A model generated the notes under the pieces. That model worked only from the letters and a program-made list of their open reading frames with translations, had not been told where the DNA came from and searched no databases. The translations under genes were made by a program, and so were the position numbers. A stretch of DNA of 64,000 nt from Vicugna vicugna (Eukaryota), in the NCBI GenBank assembly GCA_013265495.1, contig MU058718.1, positions 3,123,779-3,187,778 on the forward strand. The letters are read 5' to 3'. Of the stretch, positions 28,470 through 41,464 are shown one piece after another; within the stretch, counting starts at the first letter, position 1; the number at the start of each line of letters is the position of its first letter.

Positions 28470-28760
28470 TTTACTTGTTTATTGTGGTAAAATATACATA
28501 ACATAAAATTTACCATGTTAACCATGTTAAGTGTACAGTTTTGTGGCATTAAGTATATTCACATGGTTGCACAGTCAACATCACCATCTGCCTCCAGAAT
28601 TTTCCATCTTCCCAAAGTGAAATTCTGTACCCATTAGACAGTAACCCCCCATTCCCGCAGACCCTGGCAACCACTCTCTGTCTCTAGAATTTGACTATTC
28701 TAGGTACCTCAAGTGATATCCTATAGTATTTGTCCTATTTTGTTTGGCTTTTTTTTTTTT
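28470..28760 (-). mobile_element. Old L1 (L1MB-like) 3' end
   Basis: ttgtggtaaaatatacataacataaaatttacca...agtgtacagtt...gcattaagtatattcaca. Confidence 0.8.
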
Positions 28761-29798
28761 ACAAGTTAGGTTGCATCTGTTTGGCTGTATGGTCTGTATC
28801 CTTTCTTTGACACCACTCTGCCTCCACAACGCATCTTTAGCAAAAATCTTAGTTCTCCAGGGCTTTCTATGACTGGCTTACCTCACTCCCAACTCTTCCA
28901 TGAGAAAAGAGCTAACAATGCATGCAGGAGAGATTCAGGTCATGATCATGGGATTTCTGATCCAACTGACTGATCTAACATACTACTTGATTTTTAGAAT
29001 AAAGATTATAACCCATCAATTCAGCTTTACCTAACCAATCAGAGTGACACTCATGCCATCTAAACTATGGGATAAACAACCATTTTTAGATGTGTCTCCT
29101 GGATCATTGAAGATTTAGATGCATAACCATCAACATTTTAATTTTAAACATTTAAAAAGGAAGTATTCCTTAAATGAATTATATACTGTTCTGTTTTTTC
29201 CCCTAACCATCATATATTCAACGGGTTAAGTGTCACTTCATGATCGTTACAACTAACATCAATGATCATCTACGCTTCAGTACAGTGATGGTCTACTGAA
29301 GTTTGCTGGATCTTAATTCACACTCTAAACAGCCCCAGAGCACTACATTTTTTGCTCTTTTGCTTGCATGAAATAAATAGGGTTTTTTTCCTCTACTCAA
29401 TTCCGAGTGATAACATATCTGTCTAGCTCTCCCCTCAAACATTCGTGTCATTGCCGAGGGTGGAGTCAAACGTTTAGGGGTCTGAAGCCTATACTGTTGA
29501 GCAGGGAGAGGAGAGGAGCCCTTTAAGAAAAAGAATACAAAACGCTAAATACAAAATTAAACAGCAAATTGGACAGTGGGAGTATTTCTGAAAGACACTC
29601 CCACTCTGTGACAGCTAACAGTGATTTAACAACACACAGGAGTGACTGTAAAATATACAAACATATTCTAATAAACCCGAATCGACCTCACTGAGCTGGA
29701 GCTCAAAACTGCCTGTGGCCACTCCAGTGCTCTCTGACGGGAGGGGAAGTCAGAGTGGCAACAGGCAGTCCCAACCAACTGTGGCTCAAACATCTTAC

Positions 29799-29912
29799 CT
29801 TCGCAAATTTTAGAAACCCGATGACCTGGTGAACACGTTACTAGGGTTTCTTGCTGTGCATCTGCCTCTGTAGAGATCTGACGCAGGACTACCCCTTCTC
29901 CCCTACTATGAG
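29799..29912 (-). CDS. Candidate coding exon 'F' (A-HSRGEGVVLRQISTEADAQQETLVTCSPGHRVSKICE-G)
   Basis: Strong acceptor tttgcctctctggttttctag| and consensus donor GAAG|gtaaga. 114 nt, phase 1 to 1, open in the frame continuing exon D. Confidence 0.6.
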
Positions 29913-30294
29913 CTAGAAAACCAGAGAGGCAAACTTGATAGAGCTTTGTATGAGGGAAGGATGCGTGGGCTCTGAACAAAGACTAAGGGAGTAAAGCATA
30001 GGAATGCACTTTGGTGCACAGAATCTGAGACGTGAGCATAAAATGTCTCTGGTTTATCTCTTATTTCTGTGTTTCACTAGGTGAGAAAAAACTAGTTGAT
30101 TCGTTAGGGTCATTTTTTAAGAGCATTCCCTTAGTATGAACAGTTTTGAATGTGATTTTTGTTAAGGTGAACAGGACTATGTGTGATGGGTACTCTTTTC
30201 AGGTGTAAAAATTTAAGACTTGGCCTTTTAAGGTTTCTAATAAAAGGCGAAAGGTATTCGTGTCTCACTTTGTTCTTCTTTAAAAGTCATTTCT

Positions 30295-31945
30295 TTTTAA
30301 TTTTTTATTTTTAAATAATTTGTACCTACAGGAAAGTTGCAAAAAGAGTTCACAGTTTCCTGATATCCCTCACCCGGCTTCTCCGACACTAACATCTCAC
30401 ATCACCATACTGCAAAGGATCAAAACCGGGAAATTAACATTCACACAATGCTACTAACTAATCTATAGACCAGTGGGGAAACTGCAAATAAGACCTGGTT
30501 CAGGATCCAATCCAGGATTCTACATGTATTGCATGTTTGTCACCTCGACGTGTCCACTGATTTGTGACAGTTCCTTAGCCATTTCTTGTCTTCCGTCGTC
30601 CTGACATTTTTGAAGTGTGCCAGCCACTTCTTTTGTGGAATGCCCCTCCATTTTGGTTTGTCTGATGATTTCTCGTTATTATGTATATTTTTGCAAATAC
30701 AGCATAGAGATTATGCTGTGCCTGTCTCCATGCTGTACCATTTCAAGGGGCAGACAATATCCGTGCCTTGTTACTGCTGATGATAACTTTGATGATCGCG
30801 TTATGATGACATCTGTCAGGTTTCCCACTATTAAGACATTATCTTTCCCTTTGGAATCTCTAGGAGAGAAACTTTGAAACCATGCAAATAATCCTTATTT
30901 TTTAAATTGTATTTTACTCAGAAATTTTAGCACACAGCGATGGCTTTTGCCTGCAACAGTTACTACTGTTTTTTTAATGGTGATTTTTATTTCTATCATT
31001 TCATCTACCTTTATTAATCAGAATCCTACTGTAAGGAAGAGTGGTCCTTTCACACCTATTTCATTATTCATTCTACTATTTACATCAATTTGGACTCAAA
31101 GATATTTTTATTTTGTGGGGTATAATCCATTACTATCATTATTTTATTGCTCAAATTGTCCCAGTTTTTACCACCTAGAGCTCTTTCAAGTTGGTTGGTA
31201 TCCTTTCAACATGTCCCTGTCAGTTTTTGAGTACTTCCTTATTTTCTGGCCCCACAAGACGTCCTAGACTTTCTTATATTTTCCCTGGCTTGATCTTAAC
31301 CAGTCTCATTCCCTTCTGGTTTATTCTTTCTTTATTAGTTATGTAAAAATGAGCAGATATATGGATGTGTTTTTAATGTCCCATTTTTTCTTTAATTAAG
31401 AATAGAGACTCTCCGCACTTCACTTTTTTCATTTAGGAATCACTCCCTATCATTTCATAGATTCGATTTACTCCTTTTTACAGATACATAGTACTCCACG
31501 TGTGGATGACTCACAGATTATTCCATCACTTTCCACCTTATGGGCATTTAGATGGTTTCTAATACTGTGCAATTACAAATGATGCTTCAGTGAACAACCT
31601 TGTACACACGTATTTTCATATCATTAGACACGTACTTGGGGTTAGATTTCTAAAAGGGAAATTGCTGGGTCAAACAGTAAGCGCATATGTGGTTTTGCAA
31701 GGTATTGCCAAATCTCTAGAAAGGCTGTACCAGTTTTTTTTGAAACAAGTAATATATGAGAATGCCTATTTTCTCACTGCTTCACCAACAGAATATGCTG
31801 TCAAATTTATTAATTTCAGCTAATCCAATAAGCAAGAAATGGTATCTCAGTGTTGTTTACATTGCATTCCCCCAATTATTAGCGAATGTGACCATCTTCA
31901 TGTGTTTAAAGGCCATCTTATATCTTTTTCTTGTGACCTCTCTGT
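30295..31945 (-). mobile_element. Old L1 (L1MC-like) 3' region
   Basis: 3'UTR-like aataatttgtacctacaggaaagttgcaaaaa, then ORF2-antisense motifs (gaaattgctgggtcaa; tggtatctcagtgttgttt). Confidence 0.75.
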
Positions 31946-32854
31946 TCCTGCATGCAAAAGCCAGCAGCAGACATGGCCACAGACTTTCAGATCTGGCTGC
32001 TGGGATGGGCTCTGCCCTGTCAGTTGAGCTCCAGATGGAGCCCTGTGACTTGCCTGCTCCCTCGGTATTCGCCATACCCCCAGCACACTGGGCAGACAGA
32101 ATTCAGTTCCCCCCAGAGACTGAGTCCTTGATCCTGCATTTCAGTTGGTGCCCTGACCAAGCTCAATCATCTGGGTATTCAAGGCTATGGCTATTTTTAC
32201 CTTTCTTGTGTCAATAAAAACTGTTTCGGGGGATGCTTAAGAGCAATCTCTGTGTTTGGCGTGGAAATCATGAAGTTAACAATTAACATGAGCCCGGGGT
32301 GTCTTGAAGCTTGAGTTCCAAGCTTTAGTTCTCATGTCTCCTGCTGCTAAAGGTCATTCAACTCATCCCTGGCAAAGGTCTACACAGGGGAATGACCCCA
32401 TGACTGATGATTCTGTGTTCCAGATCACTCTAAATTCCTCTGCCTTTCTGTTTGCAAAAGGAAAAGGGAATTTTCCTGAGTTTCATTTGAATTAATCATG
32501 TTGAGCAGCTCTTCAGGAAAAAAAAAAAAAGCAACCTTACGAATCCCAGGTTTTCTTTAACTGCCTGGAAATACACACCTGAGGCATCGTCTCTAGTGTG
32601 TGGTCAGGCTGGAAAGGGAGCTGGGTTTATCCACTGAAGCTAAACCTTCACCAAAGGCAACATTTCCACTATTCTCTTTTCAATACTGGATCAGTAAGAA
32701 CTGGGTCCATGTGAATAATAGTGCCATCACTGTGTCTTAATCTCAACACTTCCCTGCAACTTTCTTGTCTTCTTTAGATTCTCTGAATCAAGAGAGATTG
32801 TTGTTGTTACTACTCATGTAGCACCATTATCAATTACACAAGGAAATACCTTAC

Positions 32855-32890
32855 TTTGCTGAGAGTATCCAGGGCTGGAAAGGGAATCAT
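32855..32890 (-). CDS. Candidate alternative first coding exon (MIPFPALDTLSK, phase 0)
   Basis: agcATG (A at -3), 12 codons, then AAA|gtaagg. A CpG cluster lies immediately upstream. Confidence 0.35.
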
Positions 32891-35429
32891 GCTGTACAAG
32901 CCTTATTCCGATCACGTAGCGTAACGGCACCCTCACAAAGTGGGCGCGTTTAAGAGGCGCCTCCTCTCCACATAAGCAATCTCACCAGGAACTCTAGCCT
33001 GACACCTAAAAACCATTCTGCTTGCAAATGGCCTCAATTTTTTACGTAGATGACACTGAGGAAAACTCATCTATCCTCAGGGTCCCCTTTCCCTTAAACT
33101 GCTCATAAATCCATCTATAATTTCAGGAAAAAATGGATAAGTGGAAAAATAGCTAACATAGTCTATCATTGACTTCACGTGAAATTCAAGGCCTTGTTTG
33201 TATTATAGCTGTATTTCTGAGCACCTAAATCTAGGATGTTTCAGTTAAGGACCATGAACTATAAACTCAAGTTCACTTTCCACTGCAACTTTGATTAAGA
33301 AAGAGAGGCTATAATTACAGGTATTAATCATCTCAAAGACCTTTGCCATGCATGAGGGTTTCTCTGACTTTGATGTAAACAAAAATGTTTCAAACCTTTC
33401 ACTTTCTGTACCAGGTGGCATTACTGGTGACTTTTTCACGGCCCTTTGAAAAGAGATCCAATGAATTGGAAGCAGATCAATTTGAACGTTTCATGGAAAA
33501 CAGCTGTCAGGGCCCCTAGCATACCAAAATTGCTCAATATTGAGTGAAACAAGGAATCTATTTTGGAACACTTTCTAGCTGGAGTGACCATTTTCCTCTT
33601 TGTTAGCTTTGAAAATCTCTTATCAGGGCCATGGCTTAACCATTAATAAGAAAAACACAGGCTCCTTCTTCAATGCTGAAATCCCTTGTTGAACTTGGTC
33701 AATCACAGGTCTGGTGGCTCGGTGCCCACTGAGTCATTCCGACACTCTTCTGGGTTAGATGTTGAAAACAATAACTTAAATTGTCTCAAAAAAAGATATT
33801 TAAAAGTCAGTATTATATATCTATATATATCTATGTAGATACCCTCATAAACACACACATGAGCTGTCTTCCGCACTCATACATACTCCACACGTGGCCA
33901 GCAATGGCCTTACAAGTATAATAAAAGTCCCTTTCAGCTCCTCTCTCTTTAGGGGTTCCTATTTCAGAGCCACACCACAGAGTCTTTGTGTGCCAAGTTC
34001 ACAGGAAGCATCTCAAGCATTCTTGCCAGTCCTGTGGCTTGGCTCACGCAGCTGGGGAAAAAGGTCCCTTGAAGACCAGTGGCAATGCTGCATCCTAGCA
34101 GCTGCCACCCAAGGGGAGCAAACACCGCGCGGTTCATGTTTTGTACGGCTGCTTTTCATGCAGAGGGAAAGATGAGAGAAGTATTCTTACTGGGGAGTCC
34201 TTTCGGTTTGATTTACTGGGAATGAGGGGCAGGGCACAAGTTCTTTTGAGGATTCCCTGTGGTACGTAAACAGTGTGACTTTCTTTTTAACTACCAGGAA
34301 TATGTGAACTTCCAACCAAGGTTATGTCCAAACTTTAAAAATAAAGGAACTGAAGAAACAATTCCCGTTTGCATGGAGCTGCTACTTCTCAGCTTTCGAG
34401 ACACTGTAATGGGCATTGTGAGTGGCAATGGGTTCGATCCTTTGCCATTAACAGAGGTCAGAAAAGAAGACTTTGAGGAAGGTCAGCGAGGCTGAACTGC
34501 AGCTGGAGGAAGTGAGTGACTGTATTTACAGTCTGAAGATGGAGCACATTTCAGCTTTTCACACAAAGAACGCTTTCTTTCTGCTTTTAGCATGTCACGA
34601 AGGCGATGTGGATAAGTTCTAAAGACTCAGAGGGATCTGTTGCCAAGTTGTAAATCCAAACTTACATGTCATGAATTTCACCACTGTATCTCTCGTTCCA
34701 CTGGAACAGCCCACGGCACGGGACGTCCTTGGTCCGGCAAAATCACATTGAGCACAAAGTGTCTACAGAGTTTTATAGGATGAAAGAATGGACGCTGTGC
34801 TTTCTTTCCTTCTTCTCAAACTTTATGCATGTAAAATGGGCAGGCATAACTAGGAAGCTAAGTTCCTGAAGATGTGCTGGTAATGTAGACACAAAACTTT
34901 TCACCCCTGGGTAGCAGGTATAAATCTAGCCTGAGTCAGTGGTGATCAAGAATAGATAGGTGAGTTGCATGTTTTTTTCTGAAAATTATCTCTCTCCATT
35001 GAGAGTTACTATTCCACACACCATTACAGTCAAAAAAGCCCACAAGTGAAAGGGAATTTAGAGACGATGTAGTCTAATTTCCTCATTTTACAGACATCAA
35101 AAATAAGGCTGGGAAAAGATATATGACTTGCCTAAGGTCCTAAGAGCTAGTGATGTCAAGGCCAGGGATAAAGTCAAGGTTTCCTGACTGGTATTCCAGT
35201 GTTTGTTCTCTATAAAGTCCATGACATTTTATTGAATGTTATGGATTATTTCCCGAAAGTGCATGGGATGTCTTTGCCACAGAAAAGTAATTTACTTAGG
35301 TGGAAAAATGAAGTAAATGTTGGGTAAGACGTGGATAAGGGGCTGGGGGAGGGGGACTCTTTGTAGCTACCCAGGTAGACTATTTCTGAATGGCCAGGAT
35401 GCACATTAGAATCACCTAGGGGAGAGTTC

Positions 35430-36260
35430 CTGTCATTCTGCCCTGTAACAAACTACCACAAAACTTAGTAGCTGAAACCAACAGCCGATTTATTAAACCT
35501 TGCAATTTTGAAGGACGAGAATTTGAGTAAGGCTCAACCAGGTGATTCTTCTGCTCCCTAGGGAGGCAACTGGGATTACTTGGTGGTTTTAGCTGGTGGC
35601 TGGACTGGTTTGGAGGATGCAAGATGGCTTTACTCACTTGCTTGGTGCATTGATGGGAACAAACGGGAGTCTGGGGACACAATGTTCTTACATGGCAAAC
35701 GTCTTCCACGGTGGCTCAGGGCTCAGGAAACTGGTGGAAATGGCCATTCCTTTCAAAGGTCAGGCCCATAACTGACCCAGTGGTGCTTCTGCCACTCTCT
35801 ATGGGTCAAAGCACAGGCAAGACCCACAGAGAGGGAAAACAGATCCACCTCTTACTGGGAGGAGTATCAAAGACTTTGTGGGCATCTTTAGTTGACCATA
35901 GTCCATCCTCTAACCACCAATTATTTCTATTCCTCTGGTAAACAAAATACACTGCTTCCCTCCCGTGACCTCCAAGAGCTTCATCTCATTATAGCAACAG
36001 GCTCAGCTTAAAGATCCAGGATTTCATCTTCTAAATTATGTCCAGGTACAGATAAGCCTAATCAAGTGTGAGTCTCTCAATCTGACACCTGTCAGCTAGA
36101 GACCCAAGCTGTCTGCCCCTTATTATAGTATTGACATAGATAATTGCAGCAGACACTCAAGTTCAAAAGTGAGGAGAGGGGGCAACAGGAGCCACAGAGA
36201 AGTAACTCGTCCACAGCAATTCTGACAAACAGTTGGGCACATGTAACTAATTCCTTGCTG
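35430..36260. mobile_element. Old MaLR LTR/internal fossil (MLT1-type) splitting a MER5-like element
   Basis: ctgtaacaaactaccacaaaacttagtagctgaaaccaaca. MER5-like halves gcacattagaatcacct (35401) and ctggggtggagcctgg (36282). Confidence 0.6.
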
Positions 36261-36642
36261 AGGGTCCTGATTTAACTGGGTCTGGGGTGGAGCCTGGCAA
36301 TGGTATTTTATTTGATTCCCAGGGGATTTTAATATTTAGCCAGAGTTGGAAACACTGGTGTAGGGAGTTCATATGGCACCTTTAATGTGAATAAATGGGG
36401 AAATACTTAAAAAGTTCAAATATTTCCTAAAGTATGTTCTCATTTCTGGCAGCAACTAATCATCTAGGTTTTGGGTTTTTTTTTTTTAAATGCAAATTTC
36501 TTCTCTCATTCCAGACCTACTAAACCCCAAACCCTTTTTAATAAACATTCCCAAATGATTCCTATGCCACTACCAGTTCAGATCTTTATAAAAATCCAGC
36601 TATATTTTGTGAATTTCTGAAGAATGTGGTAGTATTGAACCT

Positions 36643-36838
36643 CCAGTGGGGCACTGATAAATGGTTAACAACCAGCTCTTCGCGGAAGAAAAAAGCTTGA
36701 TTTGTTGCGGTTACCAGTTTCTATGGTGTAAATACTCCCACACTGAGTGATTTCTGAGTGACCTCAGAAAACATGCAAAATTTCTGAAAATACAAAATCA
36801 CCTCTCATGAGACAGCACCAGCTGACTAGTGTACCACA
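36643..36838. mobile_element. MER63-like hAT DNA-transposon fossil
   Basis: cagtggggcactgataaatggttaacaaccagctct...ggtgtaaatactccca. Confidence 0.6.
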
Positions 36839-37995
36839 TCTCACATCTCACACGAAGTGAAAAATCCCTGTAACGACGCAGGAACAGGAGCTTTGACGTA
36901 AGACTGTCTTGGGTAAAAATTCGAATTCTGCGACTTATTGGCTGTGTGACCCTGGACATGTTAATTGACATAAATAAAATGGAGATGATAATAATACCAC
37001 TTTGTCAGATTAAGCTTCCTTTTAATCACATACTCCCAAAGTGCTAGGTACTTCCCCTAACTCAAGACTCTTCACACTTGCATAAGTTCATTGTCCACCT
37101 TCCTCCCAAGCCTGTGAGCCGCACGAAGCAGAATCTCTCCTTTGTCTTTTGCACCCATATCCCTGGTCATCAGCGAAGTGTCTGGCATAGAGCAAGGGCT
37201 CAGGAATCACACGCTGACCAAACAGGACATACGTGCCCCACTCTCTCCTACTGCACCCGTGGCAAACATTAGTAATTAAACATGACACTTAGACACTAGA
37301 TGATACATCATTTGAGAAAAATGGCACTCCTGGAAGCCTCTACCAACCAGCTGGAACTAGCATAGGAGAAAAACCTATCTTCCACCCTGCTAGGAGCTCT
37401 GCTACCAAGGGAGCCTGCTCCTCAAGGGAAAAAGACCAACCAGGTCCCAGAACCCAACTATTTTAAGTTTTCTAATTAAAAATAAAATTCTGTTTTATAA
37501 TTGGAGTTAGGAATTAGACCCTAATGTTTGAGACGGAGAGAAGAGAAGGAAGATAAAGAGAAATTGGTTAACTGTTCCATGTTTCCGTCAGGCTGATTCC
37601 AGTACAGCTCCGATTTCCCTGTGGTCATTTTGATCTCAGCCAAATGCGGCTTGGTGGGCTCTGAGCTAAGTCAGCGGGATGAAGGATGCGGGCGTGAAGC
37701 CAGCCGTCAAACTCCGTCCCTGACACTGGCCTCTGAGCTGGAGGCCTCACTGCCAGTTCAAGATCCAACGAAGAAGGAAGTAAGAAGCCTTGGACCTCAA
37801 GAGAAAGTTCTCCACAGTAGAGGAGCTCTCTTCGACAGGAGAGCTAGAGCGGTCCCATGCTCCGGGACCATTCGTTTGTTCCGCTCACACTTCAGAGTAC
37901 CTGGCACCTCTGACCCTACTTCTGTAGCTTACCTGCCTCAGAGATTATTATACCACTCATGCACTCAGCAAATATTTGTTGAATTCAAGATTTCT

Positions 37996-38561
37996 CCAAT
38001 GTTCATAGCAGCACTATTTACAATAGCCAAAACATGGAAACAGCCTAAATGTCCATCAACAGGTGACTGGATAAAGAAGAGGTGGTATATTTATACAATG
38101 GAATACTACTCAGCCATAAAAACTGACAACATAATGCCATTTGCAGCAACATGGATGCTTCTAGAGAATGTCATTCTAAGTGAAGTAAGCCAGAAAGAGA
38201 AAGAAAAATACCATATGAGATCGCTCATATGTGGAATCTAAAAAACAAAAACAAACAAACAAAAACAAAGCATAAATACAGGACAGAAATAGACTCATGG
38301 ACAGAGAATACAGACTTGTGGTTACCAGGGGGGTAGAGGGTGGGAAGGGATAGACTGGGATTTCAAAATTGTAGAATAGATAAACAAGATTACACTGTAT
38401 AGCACAGGGAAATATACACAAAATGTTATGATAAATCACAGAGAAAAAAATGTGACAATGAGTGTGTATATGTCCATGAATGACTGAAAAATTGTGCTGA
38501 ACACTGGAATTTGACACAACACTGTAAAGTGATTATAAATCAATAAAAAATGTTAAAAAAA
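37996..38561 (+). mobile_element. Young camelid L1, 5'-truncated, complete 3' end, inserted in an L2 remnant
   Basis: Perfect TSD aagatttct (37987-37995, 38562-38570), intact ORF2 C-terminus, aataaa plus A tail. Confidence 0.95.
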
Positions 38562-40602
38562 AAGATTTCTAGGCATTGAGCAAATAAAGTGCAAATATAG
38601 TCCTTTTCGAGGAGTTATAATCCACTCAGGTAAACAGCAAGTGCGTAAACAACCACAGTACAAGGCAGAAAGTCACGTTTTTCATGCAAGAACATAGATT
38701 AACAGCTTCAGAGCATTCTGAGAGAGCACGACCTAACTCTAGCTGGGGGCAACGGCTTATACAGATGGACGGGGGAGGGCGGAGGAGGGTAGAGGTGGTA
38801 GAAACACGGGGGCACAGGCATACTGCGGCTGAGATGCAGCTTGGCTGGACAGAGGGTACAGGAGAAGATGTGATGGAAAACAAAACTGGGACATCATCAG
38901 TGACAGACTAAGGTACAAGAGCAGTGAAGGATGTTGAAAATGAAAAAGTAATAGTTATAACAAACAATTCAAGAAAGGTCACTAGGCGGTAACGGGCCAC
39001 AAGGACAGCAGAGGGAACACAGAAAATGGGCCACTAGTTAGAAGACGATTATAATAACCCAGAAGTGAGGGCCTGGTTTTGAGCAAGAGAGTGAACAGGC
39101 TTGAGATTCAATGTGGAGAGTAACGGAGAGGAGACAGTCAGTGTGTCTCTGAAGTTCAGGGTCTGGGTGGCTGGAAAATTCATCCATCCAGTTACCAAGT
39201 AGTCCTTAAGATCTTGCCATGTGCCAAGCATTGCTCTTGGAGTATTTAATGCTGAATAGAACAGACTTAGGTCCTGCTTTCTGGAAATCAGACCACAGAC
39301 AAGTAAAAGATAAAATAATCACAAGCGGGGATAAGTGCTATGCCGAAAGCTAACAGGGCAATGAGGGAGACGACAAGAGGAGGGCTCTACTCAGAGAGGG
39401 TGGTCTGGGGCAGATTCTCTGTGCCAGTGACATCACGCGGAGCCCAGATGATAAGGAACCACTCCTAGAAGGTGGCTGGGTGGGGAGGTGGGGAGCGACG
39501 CACTCTAGGAAGAGGAGTGATGCTGAAATGGAACCCAGGGGTTAGAAAAGGGAAGGTGAGCTAGGCAAACATTGTAGATGAGGGTCCAGTGGGCACTCAG
39601 AAGGACATATCAAAGCAGTGGCTGGAAACCCAGGACCTCAGCTCAGAAGAAAGGATTGCCTGCATGGAGGTGATTGGGGAAGCAGAACTTTGGAGGGGGC
39701 TGCTCAAGGGAGAGGACTGAAGATACACAGGCACATAAGACATGGAAAGTGGACCCCCAAAATTCTGGGGTGTACAGAGTCAGCCCTGGGAATCCTCAGG
39801 GGTCACAAGCCCAGCCTGTTAACTGAGAGGCAGAATCGAGGTGGTGGAGAGAGAGCTGATAATTGGAGTTCATGTGGGGCTCTCAAAGGCCAAGATAATA
39901 AAATAAAAAATAAAAGAGAAGGAGCAAGGCTGCAGCCAGTCACGAGCCCAGGTAGTGGCACCCAGTACACCCAAAATCATGCCCACTGCACAAAAGCATG
40001 GGCAGTGCTGCTTGGCACCAGCGAGAGAAAAGGAAGGAGTCTCGGGAAACAAAAGGAGGAAGGGAAGGGGCTGGAGCCGATGCTGCCCAGGCTGAAGCGG
40101 ATACAGATGGCCCTGGCCGAGAAGAACACGAGCTGGAATTCCCTGCTTCAGCTGTTTTGTGTGAAAGCTGGTCCTGCCCGAGTCAAAATGCATGATGTGT
40201 TCACAGAAAAATGCTGACCTCTTGTTCTCCCATGAGTGAGTAGAGCAGGGATGGAGAGGGGAGTTGTTCTGGAGAAATCTACAACTGAATTAATGGCTCA
40301 GAAAGGCTAGGAGTGTGATGACAGCTGCTTTTTCTCACACTTTTCTTTCCAGTTCTTGGAGACACTTTCTTTCCCTATCAGCTTTGCTGTTTGTTGCTAA
40401 AGAGCAACACAACACATGGGGACTTTTAAATGTGCAAGAATGAGAAAGAGAAATGTCTCTTTGGAACACAGTATTTGATAACAAGACAGCTATGAAGAGG
40501 GGTTGAACAGCCCGATGCTATGGGGCTCCCTGAAGAGGAGGGTGTACCAAAAGTCACATGTCTTTAGAAGAGAGGATGTTTTCTGGAATGTATCTGGGCA
40601 TC

Positions 40603-40731
40603 TGTTACTGAACCAAACTTGGATCCACTTGCTTAGCGCCCTGCAATAAACTCTGCACTTTCCTTCCCCACTACGCGGTGTCAGTAGATTGGCTTCACTG
40701 TGTGTCTGCAAGCGGACCCGAGTTTGGTACA
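40603..40731. mobile_element. ERV1-type LTR terminus relic arranged as a fold-back
   Basis: Both ends read tgt..accaaact(t/c)gg(a/g)tcc(a/g)cttgc inward, an 18/21 inverted match. Confidence 0.6.
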
Positions 40732-41096
40732 AAAATGTCTGCCTTTGCCTTTCCATTGACGCACTCTGAGTCACAATTTCCGTACAATGCAGTACAAGGA
40801 TCTGAACTTAAATGATTTTGCCACATTTTTCACTTTCACTATACTCTTAGTAATTCTGACAGAAATTAGAGAAAACAATCTCACTTAAGGGCTTGCTTGG
40901 ACTGTCTGTACCCAAATGTGGACTTGGGCGGTTTGTCTCGGTGAAGATCTTGTCACCCAATGAAGCAAAATGTTCTATTTCCATATTCCTCCCGAAGTCT
41001 GATCAGCAGCTTTAACTATTGTTCGTTCACATCCCGGAGGATGAGTAAGAGAATGCAGCATTCTCCTCCTTCAACACCCCAGCGAGGCTTACGCAC

Positions 41097-41130
41097 CTTC
41101 TCAATAAAATCAGCACCATGCAGTTCATGC
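41097..41130 (-). CDS. Possible small exon 'E' (HELHGADFIEK or GMNCMVLILLR depending on phase)
   Basis: taattgttag|gcatgaactgcatggtgctgattttattgagaag|gtgcgt. The pyrimidine tract is weak and the phase is ambiguous. Confidence 0.25.
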
Positions 41131-41464
41131 CTAACAATTACTGCCCAAATTTTCAACCATCTAAGCAATATGACATAGAATTTACTGACATATATAATGC
41201 TAACATGTAATGCTCTCTCATTCACACGTTATTTCGCATATACAGGTTCTTTCTCTAGCAAGGTTGTAAGCATTTTGCTTTCTAAATTTTCCTATATCAA
41301 GCCACAGGAAAGCTAGATACATTTTTACATAGGCTAACAGCCCCGTTCTCCAGATGTGAGTAAGCTCATTACTTAACCACAAGAAGCGTCTAGTGAGAAC
41401 AAAAAGGGCAAAGAAATTAGATAAACAGGTGAAACTGGTGAAGCAGGCCTCTCCTCCAACCCAC

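Noticed and set aside
37621..38241. 206-aa ORF with a unique N-terminus fused to L1 ORF2 C-terminus
   Set aside because: Starts at GTG and reads by chance into a TSD-flanked young L1; no splice or promoter support.
39618..40217. 199-aa plus-strand ORF
   Set aside because: Non-ATG start, purine-rich sequence next to antisense L2-like remnants, no recognisable domain or splice boundaries.
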